Shown: in pieces, positions 9,457 through 18,530 of the stretch
Position numbering within the stretch: position 1 is the first letter of the stretch
Layout of the letters: every line of letters begins with the position of its first letter
From: a virus
UHGV virus genome: UHGV-0256341
DNA: 29,892 nt
Reading direction: 5' to 3' (one strand)
Program-made: the position numbers and the translations under genes
Notes under the pieces: generated by a model
Database searches by the model: none
What the model saw: the letters and a program-made list of their open reading frames with translations, nothing else
What the model was told of the DNA's origin: nothing

Positions 9457-9901
9457 GTTTCACCGTCCACATTTCTTCAGGTTCATCGGGTTCTGCTACA
9501 GCTTCAACGCTCGACACACTGCCGTCAGTGCTGACCAGCACACGTTCCGTCAGATGCAGGTTAAGGCTGATATCACAGACATCGTTGCGCAGAATATCCA
9601 CCTCAAAGGTAAATAGTTTTTCCCGTAACGCCGGGTTATTGATGGCATCGGGCTGGTTATCCCGCAGCCACAGCAAAACCGGGGCCATCAGCAGATTTTG
9701 GTCGCCGCTGAAATCCTCAATCACCGCGTTCAGGGTGTAACGGTACTCCCACGACATGGAGCTGGCCCCCGTGGCAACCAGCGAACCGTTATCCACAAAC
9801 AGATGCAGTTTGTCCGGGTTATTGCGGACATAAGGCACCGCTTTATTGAGGGCGTGGCGCAGGGATTGTGGTTTGTTCACTGTTTCGCTCCTGACACGCA
9901 A
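9449..9901 (-). CDS. R: Tail completion protein, P2 gpR-like
   Basis: 150 aa following the lysis genes. Confidence 0.8.
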   Translation of the reverse strand: MRVRSETVNKPQSLRHALNKAVPYVRNNPDKLHLFVDNGSLVATGASSMSWEYRYTLNAVIEDFSGDQNLLMAPVLLWLRDNQPDAINNPALREKLFTFEVDILRNDVCDISLNLHLTERVLVSTDGSVSSVEAVAEPDEPEEMWTVKRG

Positions 9902-10133
9902 TAATCATGTCCACTTTGTCTGCACAGACCGCCCAGGCGGCCTCCGTTTCATCCAGCAACGCGTTCAGATCACCGTTAGTGCGCGGCGTTGCCTGATCCA
10001 GCCGACACGGCGTCACTCGCGGACAACCACTGACGGTAAGCTGTACCTCCGGTGAGTGCCGGACGTTCCCGCAGCCGGATAATGTCAGCAGGCAAAGGAG
10101 TATCAGCCCAGCGGCGTAAATCCTCGTTCTCAC
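9843..10133 (-). CDS. lysC: Outer-membrane lipoprotein spanin (Rz1/LysC-like)
   Basis: 96 aa with a lipobox (LTLSGC) and Pro-rich mature part, in an alternative frame overlapping the end of lysB. Confidence 0.7.
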   Translation of the reverse strand: MRTRIYAAGLILLCLLTLSGCGNVRHSPEVQLTVSGCPRVTPCRLDQATPRTNGDLNALLDETEAAWAVCADKVDMIIACQERNSEQTTIPAPRPQ

Positions 10134-10404
10134 GTTTCAGTTCCTCGATCCGGTGTTGTCGTTGTCTCAGCAGTGCACTGGTCTGTTCTGCTTCGGCATA
10201 GAGCCGCGCCTGCTCCCGGTTATTGGTTTCAGTCAGAATGGACAGGCTGATAAGCTGGCTGTTTTTCTTCGTCAGTTCCTGCGCTTTACTTTTCAGCGCC
10301 GCGCGCTGCGTTTCGATGGTGTGGCTGGCGCTGTTAAGCCGCCACGACTGCCAGCCCAGCGCAACGAGTGCCAGCGCCACCACTACTGCCAGCGCACGCG
10401 TCAT
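9976..10404 (-). CDS. lysB: Inner-membrane spanin (Rz/LysB-like)
   Basis: 142 aa with N-terminal transmembrane helix and coiled-coil-like periplasmic domain; immediately after the endolysin. Confidence 0.75.
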   Translation of the reverse strand: MTRALAVVVALALVALGWQSWRLNSASHTIETQRAALKSKAQELTKKNSQLISLSILTETNNREQARLYAEAEQTSALLRQRQHRIEELKRENEDLRRWADTPLPADIIRLRERPALTGGTAYRQWLSASDAVSAGSGNAAH

Positions 10405-10916
10405 AGTCCAGCTCCTTTAAGGCACCAGGCCATCTCCCGCGCACGGCGGTTATCCAGCCCCTGATTAAACACACCTTTTACATAAACCCAGCGCGGCAAC
10501 TGTCGGCACGCATCTGCCCAGCGCCGCTGATTGAGCAATTTCACCAGTGTGGAACTACAGGCATTGCCCGTTCCCACGTTGAAGGCAAACGACACCGCAG
10601 CGTCATACACCTTCTGCGGCGGCTGTTGCTTCACACACCTTTCCAGCGCCCGCTCCACACGCAGCACGTTGGAGATCAGCCCTTCTGCTGCCTGTCGCTC
10701 CGTAATGGTTTTGCCGGGAATGACGCCCGACGTATTACCAATGCCGTCGGTCCAGACACCCTCGCTGCACTGATACGGCTGCAGACGACAGCCTTCGTAA
10801 TCAGCAATCAGTTTCAGCCCCTCCACGGAGGTGTGAAGCTGCTGAAAACCCGGCAGCGTGGCAGCAATAGTCAGCACGGCCCCGACAAGGCAGCGTTTAA
10901 CGATTGATGGATTCAT
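10401..10916 (-). CDS. K: Endolysin, T4-lysozyme-like (GH24), probable signal-anchor-release type
   Basis: 171 aa; weakly hydrophobic Gly/Ala-rich N-terminus followed by E...C...T catalytic spacing (YEGCRLQPYQCSEGVWTDGIGNT). Confidence 0.85.
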   Translation of the reverse strand: MNPSIVKRCLVGAVLTIAATLPGFQQLHTSVEGLKLIADYEGCRLQPYQCSEGVWTDGIGNTSGVIPGKTITERQAAEGLISNVLRVERALERCVKQQPPQKVYDAAVSFAFNVGTGNACSSTLVKLLNQRRWADACRQLPRWVYVKGVFNQGLDNRRAREMAWCLKGAGL

Positions 10917-11112
10917 AGTCCTCCCGCGAAATCTGCCCGTCGCGCAGAAGCTGGTAGGCTTTGTGTTTGTAGTACCAGTTGATAGCCAGCATCAGTACAC
11001 CAATCATCAGGCCGCCCAGCGTTGAGGCATCCTTGATGGACAAATCGCCCAGCCAGGCCAGCACGACGGCGATGCAATACGTGATAAAGGCGCTGATTCG
11101 CTCAAGCGTCAT
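10897..11112 (-). CDS. Holin (two predicted transmembrane helices; possible pinholin)
   Basis: 71 aa with two hydrophobic helices and a charged C-terminus, just upstream of the endolysin. Confidence 0.65.
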   Translation of the reverse strand: MTLERISAFITYCIAVVLAWLGDLSIKDASTLGGLMIGVLMLAINWYYKHKAYQLLRDGQISREDYESINR

Positions 11113-11115
11113 AAT

Positions 11116-11319
11116 TCAGTCCCATAGCTGGACGGTCTGCACGGTGGTGGTGGTCGGAATGTCCGGCAGCTCCACCTGCAGCCCGTGAGGTAAAAAGGGG
11201 CCGTATTCGGCAAGCCCCGGATTTGCCTTCAGTACCTGCTCCGTGACCCCCTGCGTGCGCCCGTAATGACGCCAGCAAAGCGCGTCCACCGTGTCATACT
11301 GATGCGCACGCACTTTCAT
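11116..11319 (-). CDS. X: Tail protein X, P2 gpX-like
   Basis: 67 aa, same length and position as P2 X. Confidence 0.8.
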   Translation of the reverse strand: MKVRAHQYDTVDALCWRHYGRTQGVTEQVLKANPGLAEYGPFLPHGLQVELPDIPTTTTVQTVQLWD

Positions 11320-11846
11320 CAGATAAGCTCCACTGTGCAGTGCGGCGCATCCTGCACCCGGCTGATGGCCCAGCGGGCGTCACGCCACAAATCACCGCTG
11401 GCTTCCGCCAGTTCCTCGCCCCGCTTCACACCGGACGCCGTGGCGTCATAGTCCTGGTATCGTTCGTTGAGCATGGCGCGTGCCCAGCAGTAAACCGCGT
11501 TGAAATAGTGCTGAATGCGCTCACTTTTGCCGTCCAGCTGTTCCGCCGGAACCTCTGCCAGCGAGGCATACCCCAGCATCTGCTGGCGTCTGCGAAACTC
11601 ATACAGCTCTGCGTTGACCTCCGAAATTGCCGACAGCGCAACCTGCTTTAAACGCGGCTGCGTCACCGTGCCGTCAGTGCGCATCACGCTGCGAAACTCC
11701 GACAGGTCCACATCAGGCCAGAACGGCGTATTCCTGATGATTTCCGCCTGTTCCGGTGCCTGTTCTGGCGCAACAAACTTCATGCTGCTTTCTCCTGAAA
11801 TAGAGGGCGGTGGACGGGGTTTTGATGTGGCAGTGCCTTTCGCCAC
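11319..11846 (-). CDS. L: Head completion/stabilisation protein, P2 gpL-like
   Basis: 175 aa between M and X. Confidence 0.8.
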   Translation of the reverse strand: MAKGTATSKPRPPPSISGESSMKFVAPEQAPEQAEIIRNTPFWPDVDLSEFRSVMRTDGTVTQPRLKQVALSAISEVNAELYEFRRRQQMLGYASLAEVPAEQLDGKSERIQHYFNAVYCWARAMLNERYQDYDATASGVKRGEELAEASGDLWRDARWAISRVQDAPHCTVELI

Positions 11847-11878
11847 CCCGTGCCGCCCGTGCGCGGGGGCACGTTCTG

Positions 11879-12529
11879 TCAGCGGCTGTCATTGCGCAGT
11901 CTGCGCTCCAGCTGCTGTTTGTCTTTTTTCACGCCACAGCGGGGATCGAGCTGTAACGCATGGTTGAGATGATTAAGGGCGGAAGCCGGGTTGCTTTCAC
12001 TCAGGACAGCGCCAATCGCTTTATGCAGACGCGCCCGTGACTGGTCCGGCATATCCAGACCGTCTGTCAGCTCCAGCGTCTGCAGCAACAGATCGGCATC
12101 AAAGCCGGTGGCGGCAAGCATTGCGCTCTGCGCCGCGTCTGCCATTTCCTCTGCCAGCACGGTCTGCACGTTGCGGTTACCCAGCGGCATCACCCAGCCA
12201 TGACGCAGGGCATGACGCCCGATCTCCAGCGCCCCGGCATAATCTCCGGCATCAATGCGCCACAGCATCACGTACATCAGCACGTCATCCTGTTGAGCGC
12301 CTCCGGCAGCCAGGACGCCCTCCGCCCAGGCGGCATATTTCGGCAGCAGCTCCACCTTGATTTCCGCTTTTTTCACCGTGGACTGAACGCCCTTGAGACG
12401 GCGGCGGTCTTCCGCCAGTTGCAGCAGCATCAGGTCATAGCCCGACGCGTGGCGAACGCTGCCGCCCTCGCGGGCGGCCTGTTCAGCCTGAACGCGCAGG
12501 CGATGCTGCCGTGCGGGACTCAGGCTCAT
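11879..12529 (-). CDS. M: Terminase endonuclease (small) subunit, P2 gpM-like
   Basis: 216 aa downstream of the capsid gene. Confidence 0.8.
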   Translation of the reverse strand: MSLSPARQHRLRVQAEQAAREGGSVRHASGYDLMLLQLAEDRRRLKGVQSTVKKAEIKVELLPKYAAWAEGVLAAGGAQQDDVLMYVMLWRIDAGDYAGALEIGRHALRHGWVMPLGNRNVQTVLAEEMADAAQSAMLAATGFDADLLLQTLELTDGLDMPDQSRARLHKAIGAVLSESNPASALNHLNHALQLDPRCGVKKDKQQLERRLRNDSR

Positions 12530-12532
12530 GGG

Positions 12533-13591
12533 TTACGCTCCGGCTTCTGCTGCAGCGGCGCTGAAATCGCCAATCTGGATGTTTTCCACCAGTGCGGCGC
12601 AGCGGTAGTCCTCAACCACATAGGCTTCGTTAACGGATTCAAAATTTTCAATCCGGTCACGTTTCGGGTTGTCGATAACTGAACGGCGGCGGGTGTCTTC
12701 CTGCCAGTAGATGGACAGGTTATCCAGACGGGTGATCAGCAGCGCATTCGGCGGGAAGAACGGCGCACGCACGGCCTGCAGGCCACCCATGCGTTTCTGA
12801 CTGATGATCATATCGGCAGCCAGTTTTTCACTGTTTTCCTGCTCTTTGTTGACCAGCGGGAAATACTTGTCTGACAGCAGTTCACGACCGCAAATCACCA
12901 CCAGATCGTCATCGTCCTGGTAGACCACATCGATAAGCTCATTGACGGCATCCATCACTACGGCGTCCAGGTTGGCATATTCGCCACCTTTCCCGACTTT
13001 CACCGCGCCCGGAGTGGTTTCACCGCCCGTGGTGGTGCTGCCCATGACGTGATCCGGTGCATCCTCACGGATTTTCTGCAGCCAGCCTTTGTTTACATCC
13101 TGCAGCAGCGGGTTTTCACTACGGTTGGAGGTTTTCGCACGCTTCACGCCGTTAAAGCCGATCATGATGCGGTCCAGTGCCTGACGTTTCACGATGGCGT
13201 CACGGATGCGCACCTGGAAATCCTGAAACTTCGCCCACAGGTCCAGCTTCGCGTAGGTCAGCACCGTGTCAAAGTTGGTCTGCTCGCATTTATATTCCAC
13301 ATCAACCATCAGCGTCGGATCGACAGGCTCACGCTCTTTCGCGGTGGTGTCAGTGGTTCCGGCAATGGTGCTGCCAACACCCAGCCCCAGCAACTGACCA
13401 GACTGCTCAGTCACTGGCGTGACGTTAATCAGCGTCAGGAAAGCGGCGGACTGCTGGATCTGGTCTTCCAGCGTCTGCTGTACAGACGGCTCTACAGTGA
13501 ACTTGCTGGACAGTTCTTCAACTGCCACACCGTTCAGACGCGCCAGCTGCTGCAGGTAAGCGTTAAAAGCAAAGCGGGTATTCTTCTTCAT
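12533..13591 (-). CDS. N: Major capsid protein, P2 gpN-like
   Basis: 352 aa in the O-N-M order. Confidence 0.9.
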   Translation of the reverse strand: MKKNTRFAFNAYLQQLARLNGVAVEELSSKFTVEPSVQQTLEDQIQQSAAFLTLINVTPVTEQSGQLLGLGVGSTIAGTTDTTAKEREPVDPTLMVDVEYKCEQTNFDTVLTYAKLDLWAKFQDFQVRIRDAIVKRQALDRIMIGFNGVKRAKTSNRSENPLLQDVNKGWLQKIREDAPDHVMGSTTTGGETTPGAVKVGKGGEYANLDAVVMDAVNELIDVVYQDDDDLVVICGRELLSDKYFPLVNKEQENSEKLAADMIISQKRMGGLQAVRAPFFPPNALLITRLDNLSIYWQEDTRRRSVIDNPKRDRIENFESVNEAYVVEDYRCAALVENIQIGDFSAAAAEAGA

Positions 13592-13607
13592 CGGGTTTTG
13601 TGCTCCA

Positions 13608-14441
13608 TCAGCAATTGGTCAGAGTGTCAGCGGGGGCGTTACCGCCTGTTGCACGCTGGCGGTAGTCCTGGCGGCTGTCTTCATGACTCAGCTTATTCAC
13701 CAGTTCATTAAAGGCGGTTTGCTGCTTCTGCAGAGCAGACTCCAGTTCAGACAGGCGTTCTTCCTGCTCAGACAGAGATTTTTCGGTTCGCGCGCTCAGG
13801 TTTTGCTGCTCAGTGGCGACCAGCTCCACGGCCTTATGCACATCAGAGAACCGGGCGTCATCGGACTGCTCTTTTTTGGTGAACAGCGCCGTGACGCGGG
13901 AAAACAGGGACGGTTTGTCGTCCTGGACTTCCTCCAGTTCGATCACCGTTTCCTCTGCAGCGGTAAAGAGATTGGCAGGATTCTGCTTGCGGTTTGCCAG
14001 CGGGTTATGGGCTGCACTGGCGCTGAATGTCAGCATTTCAGTGCCCAGACTGGCAGGGTCATCAGTGGCAGCCAGGCCGACCAGGTAGGCTTTGCCCGTA
14101 TCAGCGAACTTCGGGCTGACTTCCATAGAGGTGAATAATTTCTGGCCTTTTTTCACCAGTTCCACCAGGGACTCCGTTGGCTCAACGTCGGCATACAGCG
14201 CCATCTTGCCTGCCAGCGGACCTTCCGTGATTTCCTCAGCAAACAGCGCCGTCACCTTGCCGTAGCGGTTAAAGGTGCTGTCCGGCAGATAAGACTTGAT
14301 GTGCTCAAGGTTAATCAGCGCGGTATACACCGCCGGGTTGTAGCTGGCTGCCATCTGTTCCAGCCATTCACGCTGGATTTCGCGTCCGTCGGTGGTGGCA
14401 CCTTCCACCCCGATGCGAAAACGCTTTGCTTTCACTGTCAT
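13608..14441 (-). CDS. O: Capsid scaffolding protein, P2 gpO-like
   Basis: 277 aa with an acidic coiled-coil-like C-terminal region, divergent from P. Confidence 0.85.
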   Translation of the reverse strand: MTVKAKRFRIGVEGATTDGREIQREWLEQMAASYNPAVYTALINLEHIKSYLPDSTFNRYGKVTALFAEEITEGPLAGKMALYADVEPTESLVELVKKGQKLFTSMEVSPKFADTGKAYLVGLAATDDPASLGTEMLTFSASAAHNPLANRKQNPANLFTAAEETVIELEEVQDDKPSLFSRVTALFTKKEQSDDARFSDVHKAVELVATEQQNLSARTEKSLSEQEERLSELESALQKQQTAFNELVNKLSHEDSRQDYRQRATGGNAPADTLTNC

Positions 14442-14519
14442 GAGCCGTGCTCCGTTAAAAAAAACTTACTGGAGCCTTATGGTTGCGGTGATGGGGGTAG
14501 TGAAACAATGCGCGGTATT

Positions 14520-14537
14520 TGTACCGACAACCACACA
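14520..14537. promoter_or_regulatory. Putative Ogr-dependent late promoter element (TGT-N12-ACA) in the divergent O/P intergenic region
   Basis: TGTACCGACAACCACACA between the divergent O and P starts. Confidence 0.35.
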
Positions 14538-14583
14538 AACCGCAGGCGGGGAAAGCCTTCATTCAAGGCTGTAGGTTTGTGCC

Positions 14584-16350
14584 ATGAACACCACACTGAC
14601 ACCCGCAGATCTCGATCCCCGTCGGCAGGCCATGCTGCTGTACTTTCAGGGATACCGCGTAGCCCGCATTGCTGAAATGCTGGGCGAGAAAGTTGCAACC
14701 GTTCACAGCTGGAAAAAACGCGACAAGTGGGGTGACTATGGGCCGCTGGATCAGATGCAGCTCACCACCGCCGCACGCTACTGCCAGCTCATTATGAAGG
14801 AGCACAAAGAAGGGAAAGATTTCAAAGAGATTGACCTGCTGGCGCGCCAGTCGGAGCGCCATGCGCGGATCGGCAAGTTTAACAATGGCGGCAACGAAGC
14901 CGACTTAAACCCTAACGTCGCCAACCGCAACAAAGGCCCGCGTCGTCAGCCGGAAAAGAACGTTTTCACCGATGAACAGATTGAGAAGCTGGAAGAAATC
15001 TTCCATTCCTCCATGTTCAACTACCAGCGCCACTGGTGGGAAGCCGGAAAAACCAACCGCATCCGCAACCTGCTGAAGTCACGCCAGATCGGCGCGACCT
15101 TCTATTTTGCCCGTGAAGCCCTGATTGACGCCCTGCTAACCGGGCGTAACCAGATTTTCCTTTCCGCCAGCAAGGCACAGGCCCACGTCTTTAAGCAGTA
15201 CATCATCGACTTCGCCAAAGAAGTGGAGGTGGAGCTGAAAGGCGATCCGATAGTGCTTCCTAACGGGGCCACGCTGTACTTCCTCGGCACCAATGCCCGC
15301 ACGGCCCAGAGTTACCACGGCAACCTGTATCTGGATGAATATTTCTGGATACCGAAATTCCAGGAGCTGCGCAAAGTGGCTTCCGGTATGGCTATTCACA
15401 AAAAATGGCGACAAACCTATTTTTCCACGCCATCCAGCCTGACACACAGTGCTTATCCGTTCTGGTCCGGTGCGCTGTTCAACCGTGGGCGCAACAAAGC
15501 CGACAAGGTGGACATCGACCTGTCCCACAGCAATCTGGCCCCCGGCCTGCTGTGCACAGACGGGCAATACCGCCAGATAGTCACCGTGGAAGATGCGGTG
15601 CGCGGCGGCTGTAACCTGTTCGACCTCGACCAGCTACGCATGGAGTACAGCCCGGACGAATACCAGAACCTGCTGATGTGCGAGTTCGTGGACGATCTCG
15701 CGTCCGTGTTCCCGCTCAGCGAGCTGCAAGCGTGCATGGTGGACAGTTGGGAAGTCTGGACCGACTTTCATGCACTGGCCCTGCGCCCGTTTGGCTGGCG
15801 CGAAGTGTGGATCGGTTATGACCCGGCAAAAGGTACGCAGAACGGCGACAGTGCCGGATGCGTGGTGGTGGCACCGCCAGCCGTGCCGGGTGGTAAGTTC
15901 CGCATTCTTGAGCGTCACCAGTGGCGCGGGATGGACTTCCGCGCCCAGGCTGACGCCATCAAAAAACTGACCGAGCAGTACAACGTGACCTACATCGGCA
16001 TCGACTCGACAGGTGTCGGCCACGGGGTTTACGAGAACGTGAAAGCGTTTTTTCCAGCCGTCCGGGAGTTTGTCTACAACCCCAACGTTAAAAACGCCCT
16101 GGTACTCAAGGCCTACGACATTATCAGTCACCGTCGTCTGGAGTTTGACGCCGGACACACCGACATAGCGCAGTCATTTATGGCAATCCGTCGCGCCACC
16201 ACCGCCAGCGGCAACCGCCCAACCTATGAAGCCAGCCGCAGCGAAGAAGCCAGCCATGCCGATCTGGCCTGGGCAACAATGCACGCACTGTTTAACGAAC
16301 CGCTGCAGGGCGAGTCCGCCAATACCAGCAATATTGTGGAGATTTTTTGA
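14584..16350 (+). CDS. P: Terminase large (ATPase) subunit, P2 gpP-like
   Basis: 588 aa, divergent from O and followed by the portal gene. Confidence 0.9.
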   Translation: MNTTLTPADLDPRRQAMLLYFQGYRVARIAEMLGEKVATVHSWKKRDKWGDYGPLDQMQLTTAARYCQLIMKEHKEGKDFKEIDLLARQSERHARIGKFNNGGNEADLNPNVANRNKGPRRQPEKNVFTDEQIEKLEEIFHSSMFNYQRHWWEAGKTNRIRNLLKSRQIGATFYFAREALIDALLTGRNQIFLSASKAQAHVFKQYIIDFAKEVEVELKGDPIVLPNGATLYFLGTNARTAQSYHGNLYLDEYFWIPKFQELRKVASGMAIHKKWRQTYFSTPSSLTHSAYPFWSGALFNRGRNKADKVDIDLSHSNLAPGLLCTDGQYRQIVTVEDAVRGGCNLFDLDQLRMEYSPDEYQNLLMCEFVDDLASVFPLSELQACMVDSWEVWTDFHALALRPFGWREVWIGYDPAKGTQNGDSAGCVVVAPPAVPGGKFRILERHQWRGMDFRAQADAIKKLTEQYNVTYIGIDSTGVGHGVYENVKAFFPAVREFVYNPNVKNALVLKAYDIISHRRLEFDAGHTDIAQSFMAIRRATTASGNRPTYEASRSEEASHADLAWATMHALFNEPLQGESANTSNIVEIF

Positions 16351-17375
16351 TGGGAAAGAGTAAGAAAAACCGCGCTGCGGCGACGAACCAGATCCAGCAT
16401 AAAAACCAAACTTCAGCCGAAGCATTCAGCTTCGGTGATCCCGTTCCTGTTCTGGACCGCCGCGAATTACTGGACTATGTGGAATGCGTAAAGATGGACC
16501 GCTGGTATGAGCCACCCGTAAGTTTTGACGGACTGGCGCGAACATTCCGCGCCGCCGTACACCACAGTTCACCGATTGCAGTAAAGTGCAACATTCTGAC
16601 CAGCACCTACATCCCTCACCCGCTGCTCAGCCAGCAGGCGTTTTCACGTTTTGTGCAGGACTATCTGGTTTTTGGTAACGCCTACCTGGAGAAACGCACG
16701 AACCGATTCGGTGAAGTTATCGCCCTTGAGCCTGCGCTGGCAAAATACACCCGACGCGGATTAGACCTAGATACCTACTGGTTTGTGCAATACGGCATGA
16801 CCACGCAGCCGTATCAGTTCACGAAAGGCAGCATTTTTCATCTGATGGAACCGGACATCAACCAGGAGATCTACGGCCTGCCCGGCTATCTTTCTGCCAT
16901 CCCATCCGCCCTGCTCAACGAGTCCGCCACGCTGTTCCGCCGAAAGTATTACATTAACGGTAGTCATGCAGGCTTCATCATGTACATGACCGATGCCGCG
17001 CAGAACCAGGAAGATGTGAACAACCTCCGCAATGCGATGAAAAGTGCCAAAGGCCCTGGCAACTTCCGCAACCTGTTTATGTACTCGCCTAATGGTAAAA
17101 AAGACGGACTTCAGATTATCCCGTTGTCAGAAGTCGCAGCGAAGGATGAGTTTCTGAATATCAAGAACGTGAGCCGTGATGACATGATGGCGGCACACCG
17201 CGTGCCGCCGCAAATGATGGGAATTATGCCTAATAATGTCGGGGGGTTTGGGGATGTGGAGAAGGCTAGCAAGGTATTCGTAAGAAACGAATTGATGCCC
17301 CTGCAGAAACGATTGCAGGAACTAAATAACTGGTTGGACGAAGAAGTGCTCAATTTTTCAACCTATGAGCTTTAG
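16347..17375 (+). CDS. Q: Portal protein, P2 gpQ-like
   Basis: 342 aa; its start overlaps the P stop. Confidence 0.9.
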   Translation: MMGKSKKNRAAATNQIQHKNQTSAEAFSFGDPVPVLDRRELLDYVECVKMDRWYEPPVSFDGLARTFRAAVHHSSPIAVKCNILTSTYIPHPLLSQQAFSRFVQDYLVFGNAYLEKRTNRFGEVIALEPALAKYTRRGLDLDTYWFVQYGMTTQPYQFTKGSIFHLMEPDINQEIYGLPGYLSAIPSALLNESATLFRRKYYINGSHAGFIMYMTDAAQNQEDVNNLRNAMKSAKGPGNFRNLFMYSPNGKKDGLQIIPLSEVAAKDEFLNIKNVSRDDMMAAHRVPPQMMGIMPNNVGGFGDVEKASKVFVRNELMPLQKRLQELNNWLDEEVLNFSTYEL

Positions 17376-17384
17376 TTTTAAAAC

Positions 17385-17402
17385 GAAGACCATTAGGTCT
17401 TC
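17385..17402. terminator. Hairpin between convergent Q and retron RT (possible bidirectional terminator)
   Basis: GAAGACC-ATTA-GGTCTTC stem-loop with T-rich flank; the RT stop codon lies inside the stem. Confidence 0.45.
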
Positions 17403-18355
17403 GCTTTATTTAAAGGGTTCTTTCCATATTTTTTTTCTAATTTGCTAATATAAGTTATTAATCTTCTATGGCTTTTTGAATCCACACTTAAAATAAATGA
17501 CAACCATCCCCTAACGTGTTCTATCTCAGAAGACTTACCGCAAAATATATGATGTATCTTTGCTCTAATTTCTTTATATTTTTCTCTACCTATCCCAACT
17601 TTCTCTTGTGAAATAACTAAACCTGTAACTTTCCTCTGACTACGAGGCCCACTAATACAAGTTTTTTTTGAGTTAATAACCAATCCTTCACTTGGGATTA
17701 TAGAAAATAAAAAATCACGTGCTTTAACAACCTTTTTCATAGACTGTGCAGATAAGGTGAGATCATCGGCATATCTCGTATATATCAAGCCCCGACTACC
17801 TGCATAACCCTGAATACGATAATCAAGTTTAGAACATATTAGATTAGCTAATTTAGGTGATGATGGAGCACCTTGTGGTAGCAGATTTTTATAACAACAT
17901 ATTTTTGTCAAAACTGAAGATATTAGTCGATTATAACCAAGAGAATGGAACACTCCAAAAACTTTGTTAGCAGTTAAACTTGGGAAAAAATCCTCCAAAT
18001 CAATATTCAGTATAAAGTTTGCCCCAATATGCGGGGTAGCATTATTCAAAATAGATTGGTGCTTTTCAAATCCAATAGAAAAAGGAGATGACGACAGTTT
18101 ATCTAAAATGTTACGTAGAACCCATCCTTGTAAGGCTTTAAGTTCTCGAGAAGGTTGGTAAATGGTTCTCATTCTCTTCTCTGGGCCTTTCTTTTCTACA
18201 GTGTAGATCCTATAGCGAAAATCAGCTGTATAGATTAACAACCGAAGTGTTTCAACAGATATGCGAGTCGCCTTAGACATGTCATGCAAATTGTTCATGA
18301 CAGGTAGGCCGAGATTTCTCAATCTAAAAGTGTTCAAATATTCAGCGGATTTCAT
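17393..18355 (-). CDS. ret: Retron-type reverse transcriptase (matches retron Ec86/Eco1 RT from memory)
   Basis: 320 aa with retron hallmarks: NAxxH (NATPH), LEDFFPS, PQGAPSSPKLANL, catalytic YADD and the VTG motif. It lies immediately 3' of an msr-msd element. Confidence 0.95.
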   Translation of the reverse strand: MKSAEYLNTFRLRNLGLPVMNNLHDMSKATRISVETLRLLIYTADFRYRIYTVEKKGPEKRMRTIYQPSRELKALQGWVLRNILDKLSSSPFSIGFEKHQSILNNATPHIGANFILNIDLEDFFPSLTANKVFGVFHSLGYNRLISSVLTKICCYKNLLPQGAPSSPKLANLICSKLDYRIQGYAGSRGLIYTRYADDLTLSAQSMKKVVKARDFLFSIIPSEGLVINSKKTCISGPRSQRKVTGLVISQEKVGIGREKYKEIRAKIHHIFCGKSSEIEHVRGWLSFILSVDSKSHRRLITYISKLEKKYGKNPLNKAKT

Positions 18356-18361
18356 GAAAGT

Positions 18362-18530
18362 TGCGCACCCTTACGTCAGAAAAAACGGGTTTCCTGGTTG
18401 GCTCGGAGAGCATCAGGCGATGCTCTCCGTTCCAACAAGGAAAACAGACAGTAACTCAGATTCAATGCAGGATGCCGAAACAACATCCAGAGGTTGACCT
18501 TAATGATAAACCTCTCGCTAAGGGTGCGCA
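18362..18530 (-). ncRNA. msr-msd: Retron msr-msd non-coding RNA (msDNA template)
   Basis: Perfect 12-bp terminal inverted repeats (TGCGCACCCTTA ... TAAGGGTGCGCA on the minus strand) flank a long internal palindrome (GGAGAGCATC...GATGCTCTCC); the sequence matches the Ec86 ncRNA as I remember it. Confidence 0.9.

Noticed and set aside
13049-13711. 220 aa ORF on the plus strand
   Set aside because: Antisense overlap of the capsid (N) and scaffold (O) genes, which have much stronger coding support.
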